The notes beneath the pieces were generated by a model. That model did not search any database. It was not told the origin of the DNA and worked only from the letters and a program-made list of their open reading frames with translations. A stretch of 64,000 nucleotides of DNA from Octopus vulgaris. Lineage: Eukaryota. A program made the translations under genes and the position numbers. Below, one piece after another: positions 14,584 to 28,748 of the stretch (position 1 is the first letter of the stretch; the number at the start of each line of letters is the position of its first letter). The DNA is taken from the NCBI GenBank assembly GCA_951406725.2, contig OX597817.1:13950001-14014000 (forward strand), given 5' to 3'.

Positions 14584-14597
14584 GTGACACTGGGGCA

Positions 14598-14742
14598 AAA
14601 GTGACACTGGGGTAAAATATACGAAGCCCAGTATACCCATCATGACTACCCGTCTGATAAGGGTGTGCCTAGTGTACCCTTATCAGACGGGTAGTCATGA
14701 TGGGTATACTGGGCTTCGTATATTTTACCCCAGTGTCACTTT
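14598..14742. repeat. Perfect 67-bp inverted repeat (11-nt loop) made from a retroelement 3' end
   Basis: 14598-14664 is the exact reverse complement of 14676-14742. Confidence 0.92.
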
Positions 14743-14789
14743 GATGGCAATCACTCCTCTCACTCAATGATAATAATAATAATAATAAG

Positions 14790-15010
14790 TAATAATGGTT
14801 TAAAATTTTGTCACAAGGACAGCCATTTTGATGGAGGGGAAGAGTCAATTACATCGTCCCCCGTGTTCAACTGGTACTTAATTTATCGACCCCGAAAAGA
14901 TGAAAGGCAAAGTCGACCCCGGCGGAATTTGAACTCAGGACGTAGCGACAGACGAAATACTGATAAGCATTTCGCCTGGCGTTGTAACGATTCTGCCCGC
15001 TCGCCGCTTT
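14790..15010 (-). mobile_element. SINE family B (diverged)
   Basis: Reverse complement of the family B head and body. Confidence 0.85.
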
Positions 15011-15014
15011 AATA

Positions 15015-15810
15015 ATAAACGTAGAAGCTATACCTGAATCCTCATCACTACACATTGTCCGTCCAAAAAATAACCCTGCTAGGAATAGTCCACATCCTAC
15101 GCAAAACACTATCAATCCAATAATCTCTCTCTATATAAACGGCAGTTTGTCTGTGCGTGTTTCTGTGTGTCTGTTTTCTCGTACCCTCACTCTGACCACG
15201 GCTTTCAACCGATTCTGATGAAACTTGACACACACATAGCCCAATGTCATAATTCAAAACTAACGCAGCGAAAATTTTGAAAAGTTCCCCCAGTTCTGAA
15301 AAAATCGATAAATTCGACATGGGGTCGAGAATCAGAAACACAAACCACAGACTGTCTAGGGGACGCAACTCCACCTTTTTTAACTAAAAAAAAAATTTAC
15401 CATCATTTTTTTCTATTTTTTTGCTATTTTTTGGCTATAACTCTTTAAAAATGCTTTATAGTTATTTCCCTTACAAACCTGAGCAACGCCGGGCGATACT
15501 GCTAGTACAACCTAAACAAAACAACCCACAAATACAAGACATTGTATACAGCAATTACCCAGTGAAATAAACTTCCACCAGCAATCCAAAAAATCCAGTT
15601 AATGCATTACACAAGCAGTGCATAATACAAGCAGTAATATAACAAAAGACTGCTCGACACCTCGAGAGAAAAGTAAAACAAACACAATACAGTACTGGGA
15701 ACAGTTTGCACACTCCCAACAACAGAAAAGACGCAATGTTGCACACACCCTAGCAACACGGTGATGCGGTAGAAATTTGCTTCGATCTACCAAATGCCGA
15801 ACAGTTATAT
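15015..15810 (+). mobile_element. R4/Dong-like LINE 3' end split by a Helitron
   Basis: QKITLLGIVHILRKTLSIQ* ends at 15123; the Helitron inserts immediately after the stop codon; putative 3' UTR resumes at 15506 and runs into a long (TAA)n. Confidence 0.65.
15124..15505 (+). mobile_element. Non-autonomous Helitron (type 1)
   Basis: A|TC 5' end, subterminal hairpin cc(t)gagcaacgccggg, CTAG|T 3' end, no TSD; second copy at 33673-34040. Confidence 0.85.
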
Positions 15811-17092
<1,282 letters not shown>

Positions 17093-17199
17093 ATTACCTA
17101 ACACATATAAAATTGTGGGCAAATGAAAATCTCTTGTTACTAACTGACCCTTCAGTTTCTTGCAAACGGAAAGCTCTTGCTACTAACTGACTCTTCAAT

Positions 17200-18240
17200 T
17201 TATGACTGAAGAAGTGGACCAGTGGACGTATGGTAATATCATTCAGTGAACTGGTAAGCTGCCCAGAACCAACACCTGAATAGATACAGGAAAATTAAAA
17301 TATTAATTCCTCAAGCAAAAATATCAGAGTCCCCCAAAATTATAGACTTATAGAATTATAGCCTGGCAATACCATACACAATCTTTACATCCATACTGTA
17401 CAACAGGCTGGTTGCTATTCGGCAAGCAGTGAAGCAGAAACGATGTCGGAGAGTGATGTATGGCTGATAAGAGCAGCTGTTGGAGAGATGAGCAATTATA
17501 GAAAATGCACAATTAAAAAATACCAGATCGAAACGGATTTCTAAAATATATTAAAGAAAAATGGAGAGTAACATATTTCTGTAAAACACGACAGAAAGGA
17601 AGAAAGGTAAGATAAAAGCAAGCAATTGCTCAAAGACTCGGAGCTAAAAACAAAAACAGAGCGCATGGTTTTATCTACACAGAACCGACGTCTATCCACA
17701 AACAACAAAAATGAAATAACATAGACACCAATATGAAGTTCCGATTGCAACAAGTGTAACGAGACAATTGACCACATTATCACCCGCTTTCCAATCTGAA
17801 TACATTAATAGACTTGACCAGCTATGTCCACGGGGCAATATGTCGATGCTTCGACGTGAGAACAAACAAGTGTTTTAATCATTTCCCAATTACTGTACAC
17901 GACGAAGAGTAGATCACAACGAATTGTAAAATGCCTCTTCAGATGGACAATGTCATTAAGACGAACTGGTTGGGTATAATAAACATGGACTGTACTCTAA
18001 CAGACATTTTGATTCATTCTTATCAAAAGGTGACCAGAAGGAAAATGGAAAAACTGTCAAAGTAAAAGAATTTTAAAGCTGAAATAAAAATGAAGGGTAT
18101 TAAAGTTAAAATAGCACGAGAGCGACAAGGATGAACAAATAAAGATCGTTCTGTTAGGTTCATCCTATGTAAAACCTTTCACTTAAATAACCCAACTGAA
18201 AAAGTATACTCTTCGTACATGACATATGGGCTATACAGTA
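17200..18240 (+). pseudogene. Heavily decayed, internally deleted R4/Dong-like RT-zinc knuckle-RLE remnant
   Basis: Recognisable fragments NYR...YTIFTSIL, KQKRCRR...QLL, ELKTKTERMVLSTQNRRLSTN, CNKCNETIDHIIT, YINRLD...VHGAIC. Confidence 0.6.
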
Positions 18241-18328
18241 ACAATGAAATAAAATAACACAACATCGACGAACACACTATGTGTGGAATCAACACTGAAC
18301 GATACATAACAGATCACATACTCTACAC

Positions 18329-18583
18329 CAGTGGTTCTCAACCGGGGTTCATATGTCCCTTGGAGGTCCATATAACATTTTGCTATGAAAGTTTATCTGC
18401 AATAAATTTGTTATACTTCTACAGTTCACAAAATATTTTAACAATTTCTCTTATACAATTCCCAATAATATTTAATTTTGCAAATATAATAAGATTATTT
18501 TGAACGTTGAATGGCTATGGGGATCCATCCGAGTAAAATAGAAATCAAAGGTGGTCCACAGGTAGAAAATGATTGAGAAACTG
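18329..18583. mobile_element. hAT (Charlie-like) MITE
   Basis: Ends cagtggttctcaacc / gattgagaaactg; 8-bp TSD ctctacac / ctgtacac (1 mismatch). Confidence 0.75.
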
Positions 18584-19003
18584 CTGTACACGAACAGCCA
18601 CCAAATAAAATAAAAATGAACTAACACTTGCATAATCGATGCCAGACTGACAACTCGCGCAACTCCCATTATATATACTTATAGCAACCAATCACAGCGC
18701 GAATGAAACACAAGCACCGCCATCAAATTAACACAATTCACTCTAGAAACATTGACATAACACCTAAAATAAAGACACGAACTCCACAACAATGCAAAAC
18801 TTATATGGTGGATATACTGAACTCGACATCCCGTATAAAAAAAGACTGCACACACCTTAGGAACATTGAGGTGCACATTACGATTCACCAGAAACTCTCT
18901 TAAAAACTACTGAAAGCAACAACAATAACAGCAACAACAACAACAACTATTATCATCATCATCATCATCATCATCATTATTATTATTATTATTATTGTTG
19001 TTA

Positions 19004-19420
19004 TCTTTTTTTTCTTCTTTCAAATTTGCTTCCATTTCTTGCCGAGTGTCTTCCCGACTCCTAGGGCAAAGAAACTCATAGTATACATTGGTAGGCCATT
19101 AAACCAAACTCACTAGTTCGTTCATTTTTTTTTTTTGTTTTTTAAAGTTAAATTAAAATTAAAATACATGAGCAGCAACAGTTCTCACATCGACAATGCT
19201 CTTCTCAATACGTGTGATGTACCAGTTAAGACAATCTTTTGCACTTCTTGCAGGGATGGTAAGCCAGGGATCATTCTCATATAATTTTCGGTTCCCTTCT
19301 TGATCATTCCTAGTGCTCCTACGATCACTGGTATTGTAACCGCCTTGAGATGCCACATTTTCTCAATTTCAATGAGCAGGTCTTTATATTTTCTGAGCTT
19401 GTCAAACTCTTTCGCCGAGA

Positions 19421-19422
<2 letters not shown>
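19004..19422 (-). mobile_element. R4/Dong-like LINE 3' fragment (RLE C-terminus plus 3' UTR)
   Basis: KEFDKLRKYKDLLIEIEKMWHLKAVTIPVIVGALGMIKKG...QKIVLTGTSHVLRRALSM*; embedded in (TAA)n; same UTR end at 24410-24480. Confidence 0.85.
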
Positions 19423-19466
<44 letters not shown>

Positions 19467-19469
19467 ATT

Positions 19470-19925
19470 ATTTTGCGAGTCCATGATAAAATTTAGTTAG
19501 CAGGTATTTTATCTTGAAGTCTGGTAACGAGTCTGCTCAAATTTCAAGAATCTTTCTTAGGATTCTTGTAGAAGAGAGGATGGTACTTTTCTGAAGATCG
19601 ACAATGCGATCTTCATAAACTTCAATTTCTTTCAGTCTTTTAGGTAACATTTTGAGTGCTGTGCAAAGCGCACCGATTGCTACAGGAATAATTGTCTTGG
19701 TCTTCCTCATAGATCCCGATATTTCTCAATTATTTCAATTTCTTTCGTATCAACTCTGTTATCATAAGGAATTGCAAAATTTATGATCTTTCACTATTTA
19801 TTCTGTCGTCTTTAATCATGTCTGGTCTTCCTGCCTCAATCGTATAGTCAGCCTTTATGGCGAAGTGCCACAAGATCTTGTAGTCCTCATTTTCTGTCAC
19901 AGCCGCTGGTTCGTGTTCATACCAT
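19470..19925 (-). mobile_element. Second, different R4/Dong-like RLE fragment
   Basis: Minus strand WYEHEPAAVTENEDYKILWHFAIKADYTIEAGRPDMI...FAIPYDNRVDTKEIEIIEKY...IIPVAIGAL...LQKSTILSSTRILRKILEI* (RPD motif of the restriction-like endonuclease). Confidence 0.8.
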
Positions 19926-20018
19926 TACCATTTATTATTGTTGTTGTTGCTATTATCATTATTATTATTATTATTATTGTTGTTGTTGTTGTTGTTGTTG
20001 CTGTTGTTGTTATTGTTA

Positions 20019-20062
<44 letters not shown>

Positions 20063-20247
20063 GATGACACTGCATCCTTTAAGGCCCTCATGCTTTCCGA
20101 AATCCGCCGAAACTACACCTGATTATATATACACTTTAGATGAGTTGTTGTGCACCTGAGCACTGTACACAATTATTATTATTAATAATATTATTATTAT
20201 TATACTACTCTCCCAAAATTTCCGGCCCTGTGCCTTTAGTAGGAAGG

Positions 20248-20303
<56 letters not shown>

Positions 20304-20305
<2 letters not shown>

Positions 20306-20485
20306 AGGCGGTGAGCTGGTAGAATCGTTAGTACGCCGGACAAAATGCATAGCAGAATTTCGTCCAGCATTACGTTTTGTGTTCAAATTCCGACGCGGTC
20401 GATTTTGCTTTTTATCCTTTCGGGATCGATAAAATAAGTACGAGTTGAGAACTGGGGTCAATGGAATCGATTTCTCCACCCCTCA
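20304..20485 (+). mobile_element. SINE family B (diverged)
   Basis: aaggcggtgagctggtagaatcgttag head and body. Confidence 0.8.
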
Positions 20486-20536
20486 TATTTGTTAAAAATA
20501 AGAAATGTAAGAAAGAATTATCATTATTTCTAATAT

Positions 20537-20907
20537 TGGCCGTGTGGTAAGTAGCTTGCTAACCAACCACATGGTTCCGGGTTCAGTCCCACTGCGTGGC
20601 ATCTTGGGCAAGTGTCTTCTGCTATAGCCCCGGGCCGACCAATGCCTTGTGAGTGGATTTGGTAGACGGAAACTGAAAGATGCCTGTCGTATATATATGT
20701 ATATGTATGTATGTGTATGTGTTTGTGTGTCTGTGTTTGTACCCCTAGCATTGCTTGACAACCGATGCTGGTGTGTTTACGTCCCCGTCACTTAGCGGTT
20801 CGGCAAAAGAGACCGATAGAATAAGTACTGGGCTTACAAAGAATAAGTCCCGGGGTCGATTTGCTCGACTAAAGGCGGTGCTCCATGTAAAAGAGTAAAA
20901 AAGAGAG
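20537..20907 (+). mobile_element. SINE family A
   Basis: Family A consensus. Confidence 0.9.
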
Positions 20908-21712
20908 TATACATACACGGTAGAAATTCGGGGGAGAGAGCAAATCTATTAAACAGTCGTTACTAGGTGACTGATACTGGATTTTATCAAACACGAAGAG
21001 ATGAATAGTAAAGTCGAAAACAAGCGGAGTTTGAACTCGTCAAACTCTCATTCTAATAATAATAATACCGGGATCCGTTTAATATGAAATAACGTCGTTG
21101 ATTGTTCCTAAAAATATCAAGTTATACTGATTAATGAGCAGCAAATGAAATTGAAAAAAAAAAGAGAAAAAAGTAAAAGGTAAAATGACGGATATGCTGA
21201 AATATAACTTAGTAATACTTGTTAAATGTATTGATTTTTACCTGATTATTATCAATATGTTACGACTGCTCAGTGTAGTCGGCGATCTTATATCACGTGT
21301 CAACAATATATAGAGCACGGTTCAAATCAACAAGAGACTAATTCCGACTGCCTTACACAAAGAAGTGACAAACAATACACATAAAAACCGTATTATTTAG
21401 ATCAAGGTTAATAGGTGACTGCACACTTTGAATCTAAGAGATAAAAGATACGAAAGCTAGCGACATCGCCGCTAACAAATAAACCAGTATCCGTTCAAAA
21501 AATAATGCTGATCAAAAATAAAGGACCGCAGTTCATTTCTCAAGCGTTGCAAATAAAATACAAATAACACAAAAATGGACACAATATACATCCGTTTCTA
21601 TTCTACATGCATATTTTACAGTCATACTACTTCTCTCTCCCTACTCCAACCTCTCTCTCTCTCTCTCCCTCTCTTTCAGGAAAAAATTTAAACTATGATT
21701 ATATACTCGCAT

Positions 21713-22105
21713 CGAGTGAAGGCACAATGGCCCAGTGGTTAGGGCAGCGGACTCGCGGTCATTGGATCGCGGTTTCGATTCCCAGACCGGGCGTTGTGAG
21801 TGTTTATTGAGCAAAAACACCTAAAGAGCTCCACGAGGCTCCGGCAGGGGATGGTGGTGATCCCTGCTGTACTCTTTCACCACAACTTTCTCTCACTCTT
21901 ACTTCCCGTTTCTGTTGTACCTGTATTTCAAAGGGCCGGCCTTATCACTCTCTGTGTCACGCTGAATATCCCCGAGAACTACGTTAAGGGTACACGTGTC
22001 TGTGGAGTGCTCAGCTACTTACACGTTAATTTCACGAGCAGGCTGTTCCGTTGATTCGGATCAACCGGAACCCTCGTCGTCGTAACCGACGGAGTGCTTC
22101 CATCC
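21713..22105 (+). mobile_element. SINE family C with 12-bp TSD
   Basis: Near-identical to 9580-9972; TSD atatactcgcat at 21701-21712 and 22106-22117. Confidence 0.92.
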
Positions 22106-22119
22106 ATATACTCGCATAA

Positions 22120-23000
22120 AATTTGGAACGAGTATTGACCAGACATAAACGTAACTTTGGATCCCAACGGGATGTTTTACTTAAAAAGATGTATTCTCGG
22201 AGACTAAAGAAATATCAAAACTCCAAATAGTATATTCAACAGAAAGAACAATAACAAAAGGAGAAGTAATGAACGACAAAACACTAAAAAAAGAATAAAT
22301 ATTAGGAACATAAATCACAAAGATACTTCTAATGAGTGCGATAAGCATATAACAAAACGACAAAACAGACACCCGAGAACATACTCTTAATACTAACCAG
22401 TAAACAACGTAAATGTAAATAAAGGGAATATGAAAGTATAAGAAAGTCGAATAGCGGAAAATATGAAGATGATAATTTAAAGAATGGGAGAATAAATATA
22501 GATGTAAAAACAATAGAACATACTTCTTCGAATCAACGAAAGTACCTCTCTATGATAAGACTCAATATTAAATTATCAACAAGTATAAAAACGAAAATTT
22601 AGTCAGGTATGATCATCAATGTCGCCATGTTAAATGAAATAATATATGTAGCAGCTACAGCAGTTACAAAAAAAAGGGCATCTTCTCACATCAACTTATA
22701 TAGGAGTTATCACTAACAATACATAAAGCGGTGTAAATAAAAAGGGAAAATATATTAAAACCTAAAATCAGAAACGAAACAATATAACTGAAAAAAGCGG
22801 AGACAAAAACTTCAGAAATATAACAAAAAAGAAATATTCGAAATGAAAGAATATTAAGTATTCGAGATCTTCGAGAAATCGATGATATAAAAGGCACCAG
22901 GTATACTTTGAACAAAACACTTCGATTCTAACTCAAAACGATTTTATTAAGAACTGTTTAAAAACAATAGAAATCAAGAGGAACAAATCTCTATGGAGAG
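22120..23000 (+). pseudogene. Decayed N-terminal part of an R4/Dong-like ORF
   Basis: A-rich coding-like strand with LNEIIYVAATAVT and F.QN..F.SNSKRFY.EL-like remnants, typical of the region upstream of the RT in these elements. Confidence 0.45.
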
Positions 23001-23149
23001 GAATGTTTAAAACAATGTACGCAAATGTGGCACCCTGGCTGTCTACTATGTACTGCTACAAATAACTATGTTCCGTTAGGTAAGTTGGTTAAGTTAGGGA
23101 TAGTTTCGCTACTGTTCAGATCGGCGTGTAACCCAAGTGCCATGCGCAT

Positions 23150-23700
23150 AACTGACCAATTCTCCTTTCCCATTTGTGGACTTGCAGATTTTTCATTTTA
23201 TACTACGGATGCTACCAGCAAAGAAATGTCCACTTCTGGTTGTGCCTCTTGGAGGTGATAGTAGTGGTGTTGGAGATGGTCGAGGAGGTCGTGCTTGCGT
23301 CATTTTTAAATATATCTTGCTCATCGCTGCTGCTTCTGGTGTTGCTGCTGCTGCTGTTGTTGTTGTTGTTAAGCAACAAGACGGGTAAGGGTGATTAGGT
23401 GATGGTCTAGGGCTTAGGGGCGGGAGATCCCAGACCTTGGAAAAAAAAAACTTTGGTCGTCTGGTAGTCGAGGGCTCTTCGTTGATACCTGACACCACTG
23501 GGAAGTGGCCCTCGAAGTCGCTGGAAATGGAGATCTCCAGGTCCAAATTCTTGGACAGCTACTGTCTTTACTTCGCTTTCGACCACATTGACAAGTGGTC
23601 AGAAAACAATGTCATTGCAGCTATTCCAATAGCTGTCGCTTCCCCGCTTGCAGTGAGCTGGGTTATTTAGTTAACAGCACAGCAACATTTGGAATACCAA
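23150..23700 (-). pseudogene. Possible decayed LINE ORF1-like segment
   Basis: GC-richer island with Pro/Thr/Ala low-complexity translation similar in style to 1790-2480; no clean motif. Confidence 0.25.
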
Positions 23701-23794
23701 CTAATAAGACAACACCTACGAGCCACGTAAGGCGCCCACTCCTTCCAAACACGAATGATAGTTACAACAACAACAACAACAACAATAACAATAA

Positions 23795-24325
23795 TGGTTT
23801 CAAATTTTTTCACAAGGAGAGCCCTTTTGGGGGAGGTGATGTGTCGATTACATCGGCTTCATTGTTCAAGTGATAATTAATTTATCGACCCCGAAAGGAT
23901 GAAAGACGAAATACCTATTTCTTTATTACCCACAAGGGGCTAAACATAGAGGGGACAAACAAGGACAGATAAACGGGTTAAGTCGATTACATCGACCCCA
24001 GTGCGTAACTGGTAATTATTTAATCGGCCCCGAAAGGATGAAAGGCAAAGTCGACCTTGTCGGAATTTGAACTCAGCACGTAGCGGCAGACAAAATACCA
24101 ATTTCTATTTCTTTACTACCCACAAGGGGCTAAACACAGAGGGAACAAACAAGGACAGACAAACGGATTATATCGACCCCATTGCGTAACTGGTACTTAA
24201 TTTATCGACCCCGAAAGGATGAAAGGCAAAGCCAACCTCGGCGGAATTTGAACTCGGAACATAATGGCAGACGAAATACGGCTACGCATTTCGTCCGGTG
24301 TGCTAACGTTTCTGCCAGCTCGCCG

Positions 24326-24328
<3 letters not shown>
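23795..24328 (-). mobile_element. SINE family B head-to-tail multimer
   Basis: About three units joined at aaagaaata|ggtatttcgtc-type junctions. Confidence 0.88.
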
Positions 24329-24372
<44 letters not shown>

Positions 24373-24486
24373 TTAATAATAATAATAATAATAATAATAA
24401 TGATAATAATTTGCCCTAGGAGTCGGGAAGACGCTCGGCAAGAAATGGAAGCAAATTTGAAAGAAGAAGAAAAAAAAATAATAATG

Positions 24487-24625
<139 letters not shown>

Positions 24626-24678
24626 TGATGATGATGATGAAGATGATGATGATGATGATGATGATGATGATAATAATA

Positions 24679-24733
<55 letters not shown>

Positions 24734-25227
24734 GAAGAAGAAGAAGAAGAAGAAGAAATGCAATAAATAAAAAAAAAGTAATAACGCAATAAGAATTGTG
24801 GAAAGCTGGCTCCTGTCCAATAGATAAAATATATCCTGGCTTTCAATCATAATGAAGTTTCTTCTTTCTTTTGTTTTTTTCTGAGAAATGAAACAAAAAA
24901 AAAAAATTTTGCGAATGGGTCTTTTGCTGTTCGTGTTTACCCCCGAAGCATCTGCCTTCTGTTGCTACTGTTGTTGTCAAGACTTCTACTTCGTGTAGGT
25001 AAAGTGTTTGCTTTCTTTTAGTTTCGTGCTTATTATTAATATTTTGCATTGCAGTTAAAATAGAATTGTTTTTTTCTGCGTGTAAAAATGCATCATTTTG
25101 TATATTCTCAGTTTTCTTTTTTCTTTGTGAAGAGTAAAAAAGACATTCATGACAATGGCTTTTGTGGAAGGTGATATGAAAAGAGAAGCAAACATTTTCA
25201 AATATATATATATATATATATATATAT

Positions 25228-25610
25228 GGAAGCACTCCGTCGGTTACGACGACGAGGGTTCCGGTTGATCCGAATCAACGGGACAGCTTGCTCGTGAAAT
25301 TAACGTGTAAGTGGCTGAGCACTCCACAGACACGTGCACCCTTAACGTAGTTCTCGGGGATATTCAGCGTGACACAGAGAGTGACAAGGCCGGCCCTTTG
25401 AAATACAGGTACAACAGAAACAGGAAGTAAGTGTGAGAGAAAGTTGTGGTGAAAGAGTACAGCAGGGATCACCACCATCCCCTGCCGGATTCTCGTGGAG
25501 CTTTTTTAGGTGTTTTCGCTCAATAAACACTCACAAAGCCCGGACTGGGAATCGAAACCGCGATCCTGCGACCGCGAGTCCGCTGCCCTAACCACTAGGC
25601 CATTGCGCCT
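25228..25610 (-). mobile_element. SINE family C
   Basis: Reverse complement of 9580-9972, flanked by (TA)n. Confidence 0.92.
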
Positions 25611-25639
25611 CTACTATATATATATATATATATATATAA

Positions 25640-26186
25640 AACGCAAACTTTCTTTTCTTTCGTCAATCCCTGTAAGGAGAGACCCTATGCTATAGACATT
25701 TATCTGTTTTGTCTTGGTATAAACGATGGGCTACAGCAAATATTCTGCTCTATACCACAAATTTGCTTGTCAGTTGTTTGACCTTAACCAGTTGAGCATG
25801 TCCCTTAGTGGCTGACGATATGTGCATCTCTGATCACGAGCAGAAGTAGTGGGGGAGCATCATAGCCGTGTGTTGAGAGGGATTCTTTGGGGTTTGAATA
25901 ATTCACCTTTGGAAAATTGGGTGTTTCGTTCAACATCCTTAAACAACCCTTATTCAGGGTCCTTTTGAGCGGGATGGGTTACTCGACCAGAAGAAAGTTC
26001 TAACTGGGCCCCACCTGCAAGGTCATGTGCTGTTTATCTTGATATGAAATCACCATGTCGCGCACATATGGTTGTGGTGCATGTGCCTAGTGTACCCTTA
26101 TCAGACGGTTAGTCATGATGGGTATACTTGGCTTCGTATATTTTACCCCAGTGTCACTTTGATGGCATGCACTGCTCTCTCACTCA
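25640..26186 (+). mobile_element. Longer copy of the (TAA)n-tailed retroelement 3' region
   Basis: Ends in the same ...acccttatcagac...ctctctcactca+(TAA)n as 11469 and 14676; no ORF, so probably a long LINE 3' UTR or a non-autonomous derivative. Confidence 0.7.
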
Positions 26187-26192
26187 ATAATG

Positions 26193-26268
<76 letters not shown>

Positions 26269-26862
26269 TATTAATTTGTAGTATAAGAACAATTCTTCGA
26301 ATTTAGGTTGAGGAATAAAGTTGATTTAATGGAACCTAATACTTGACTGATACAAATATTATCGATTCTGGGAAGATGAAAGGAAAGATGCTGTCGCGAT
26401 ATAACTAAAGACTGCGGACATGTCAGACATTACACCATTTCTGTCATCCATGGCATGAAACAAAAGCAATTCAAATGTAATAACAGCTTCAAAAATACCA
26501 ATGATACAAGCTCAACATTTTAGGGTGAGTGTTACAGCACTTGACTGGTTCTGTATTATATTGATTTCAGTGGTGAATGCCAAAGTTCACTCTTTCTTTC
26601 TAATTCAAATCAATGTTGTTGTTGTATCATATCTTTGATTCTCTGAAAAGCAATGGATTCCTGGTGACTCATTACTCTTAATTCAATATAAGTAATCAGA
26701 TCAAGTTCAGCTCACAATTTTAAAGTGTGAAATAATTGTTTGAATAACGAATTTTTCGTTAGACAGCAGTGTTGAGTTCAGACAATTATATTCGATTTTT
26801 CCTGTCATTTTCAGCTAACCTTACTGAACTCCAGTCACAAATACCATATACCTCCTCCTTAA

Positions 26863-27096
26863 CCCATTCGTATTTAAGCCGGCCATATCCAGCTCAAATA
26901 TTCTACTTGTTCTTTTTTTTTTTTTTTTTTTTGAAACTGACCAGATCCGACCTCTCACGCCTAGACGACAATATAATTCTAAATATAAACAAATACATCA
27001 TAGAAATCGCGAAGCTACGACATAATGCTTGATTAATTCAAAACAATGAGAATAAATAAGCACCACATTTGCCAGAGTAATCCGGGTGTTAATGGG
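26863..27096. mobile_element. piggyBac-like MITE
   Basis: TTAA|CCCATT ... AATGGG|TTAA termini with TTAA TSD. Confidence 0.65.
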
Positions 27097-27711
27097 TTAA
27101 ACACGTCACACCGGGAGTTGGAAATTTCATCCAATGCGAGGGTCATCATGAAAGCAATTATCACAAACTTCGAACCTGGGCTATTCGTTAGTATATACAT
27201 TGTCCTTCTTACATTTGCGATTAGCGTTTTTTTTCTTGTTTTCTTTGCTTTTTTACCTTTCGTATTGTGCATTCCCATTCGAGCGTAACTGTCATACATA
27301 GACTTGAAGCAACACATATACACACATTCTATCATGATGGATCCTCTGTCGGTTCCCAAGACGATCGTTCAGATGTCAGTAATCTGAATTAATTGTCCAT
27401 TAAATCAGCGAGTAAGTGAGTGAGTATTCCGAAAAAAAAACCAAAAAAACGTGCACCCTTAACGTAATTCTCGGGCAAAATCAGTGATAAATATGTCGCA
27501 TGAGTGGAAAATTGAATTATAGGTATCAGATTTGACTACCGTTTACATATGCTCTATCGCTTCAGTTTTACTCAGATGGTTTGAGTTGATGTGAAGATAT
27601 ATGATTAAAAAAAAACATAGAAAATGACACGTGCCAACCCAGTCAAACCGTCCAACCCATGCTAGCATTGACAACGGACGTTAAATGATGATGATGATGA
27701 TGATATGTATA

Positions 27712-28275
27712 TGTTGTAGGGAATTAATAATAATGGTACACCTCTCTCACGTGGACGAATGGAATAACATAGTGATTAAAAGTAAAGAGAAGTACGTGAA
27801 GTACCAGAGTACGTTGTAGGCGGTCAGAGATAGTCGTGTCTTTACTGGTTTTACTAAGTATGCTGTATACCGAAGTGATCGTTATAACAATACGAACAGT
27901 TTAAGGATTATAACAATGACGGCGAGGATTTAAACAACTCACGAGGAATTAATAAACTCGACGAAACTTTTAACGACTCACGAGGAATTAACATCTCACG
28001 AGGAGTTAACAAACTCACAAAACTTTTTGTGCGAATTTTACGGCAAAAAATCGGAAAATTATGGAAAGATTTTTAACCGGTTTGCTCGAATGCAAAAACA
28101 CTACCCACGGCAACTGAAAGCACAACAACAACGACAACAATTACTATTACAGCAACAAATGCTGGAATTATTGAAGCCGTCAGGAAAGTCAAAAGAATTT
28201 TTCTCGTCAGACTCCGTCGCGGATGCTATAACAGAGTTCAAATACGAATCAGATGGAGTTACCTTCGATGCATAC
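27712..28275 (+). mobile_element. Ty3/Gypsy LTR retrotransposon 5' end: LTR (27712-27915), PBS, leader, gag start
   Basis: TGTTG...TAACA LTR, PBS-like tgacggcgagg at 27917, short tandem leader repeats, then QQQMLELLK...FFSSDSVADAITEFKYESDGVTFDAY (Gypsy gag N-terminus-like); truncated. Confidence 0.7.
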
Positions 28276-28468
28276 TCTCTTTCATTCTTTTACTCTTTTA
28301 CTTGTTTCAGTCATTTGATTGTGGCCATGCTAGAGCACAGTCTTTAGTCTTCCGTCACGAACACCATAACAGAGTTCAAATACGAATCAGACGGAGTTAC
28401 CTTCGAGGCATACTCTCTCTCTCTCTCTCACACACTCTCTCTCTCTCACTCTCTCTCTCTATATATAG

Positions 28469-28639
28469 GGAGAATTCACGAAAAAAACAAAAGACGTAGA
28501 CAGGTGTGTAAACAACAAACAGATGTATTAGTTTAACGCTCAGGAATTGAAAAAGTCTTTTACGTTTCGAGCTCTTCTACAGAACGGAACACAGAAAGAA
28601 ACAAGGAGAGAAAAAATGTGTGTGTAGTGGCTACCGATC

Positions 28640-28691
<52 letters not shown>

Positions 28692-28748
28692 TGTTTGTTT
28701 GTTTCCCACCTGCCTTCGTCTTTTGTCTATTTTCATAAAGCTTCCCGT
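28469..28748. mobile_element. Hammerhead-bearing pLTR-like module (minus copy 28469-28640 plus inverted plus-strand 3' piece 28690-28748)
   Basis: Homologous to 34052-34243 and 46047-46227; minus-strand ttctgtagaagagctcgaaacgtaaaaga. Confidence 0.65.
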
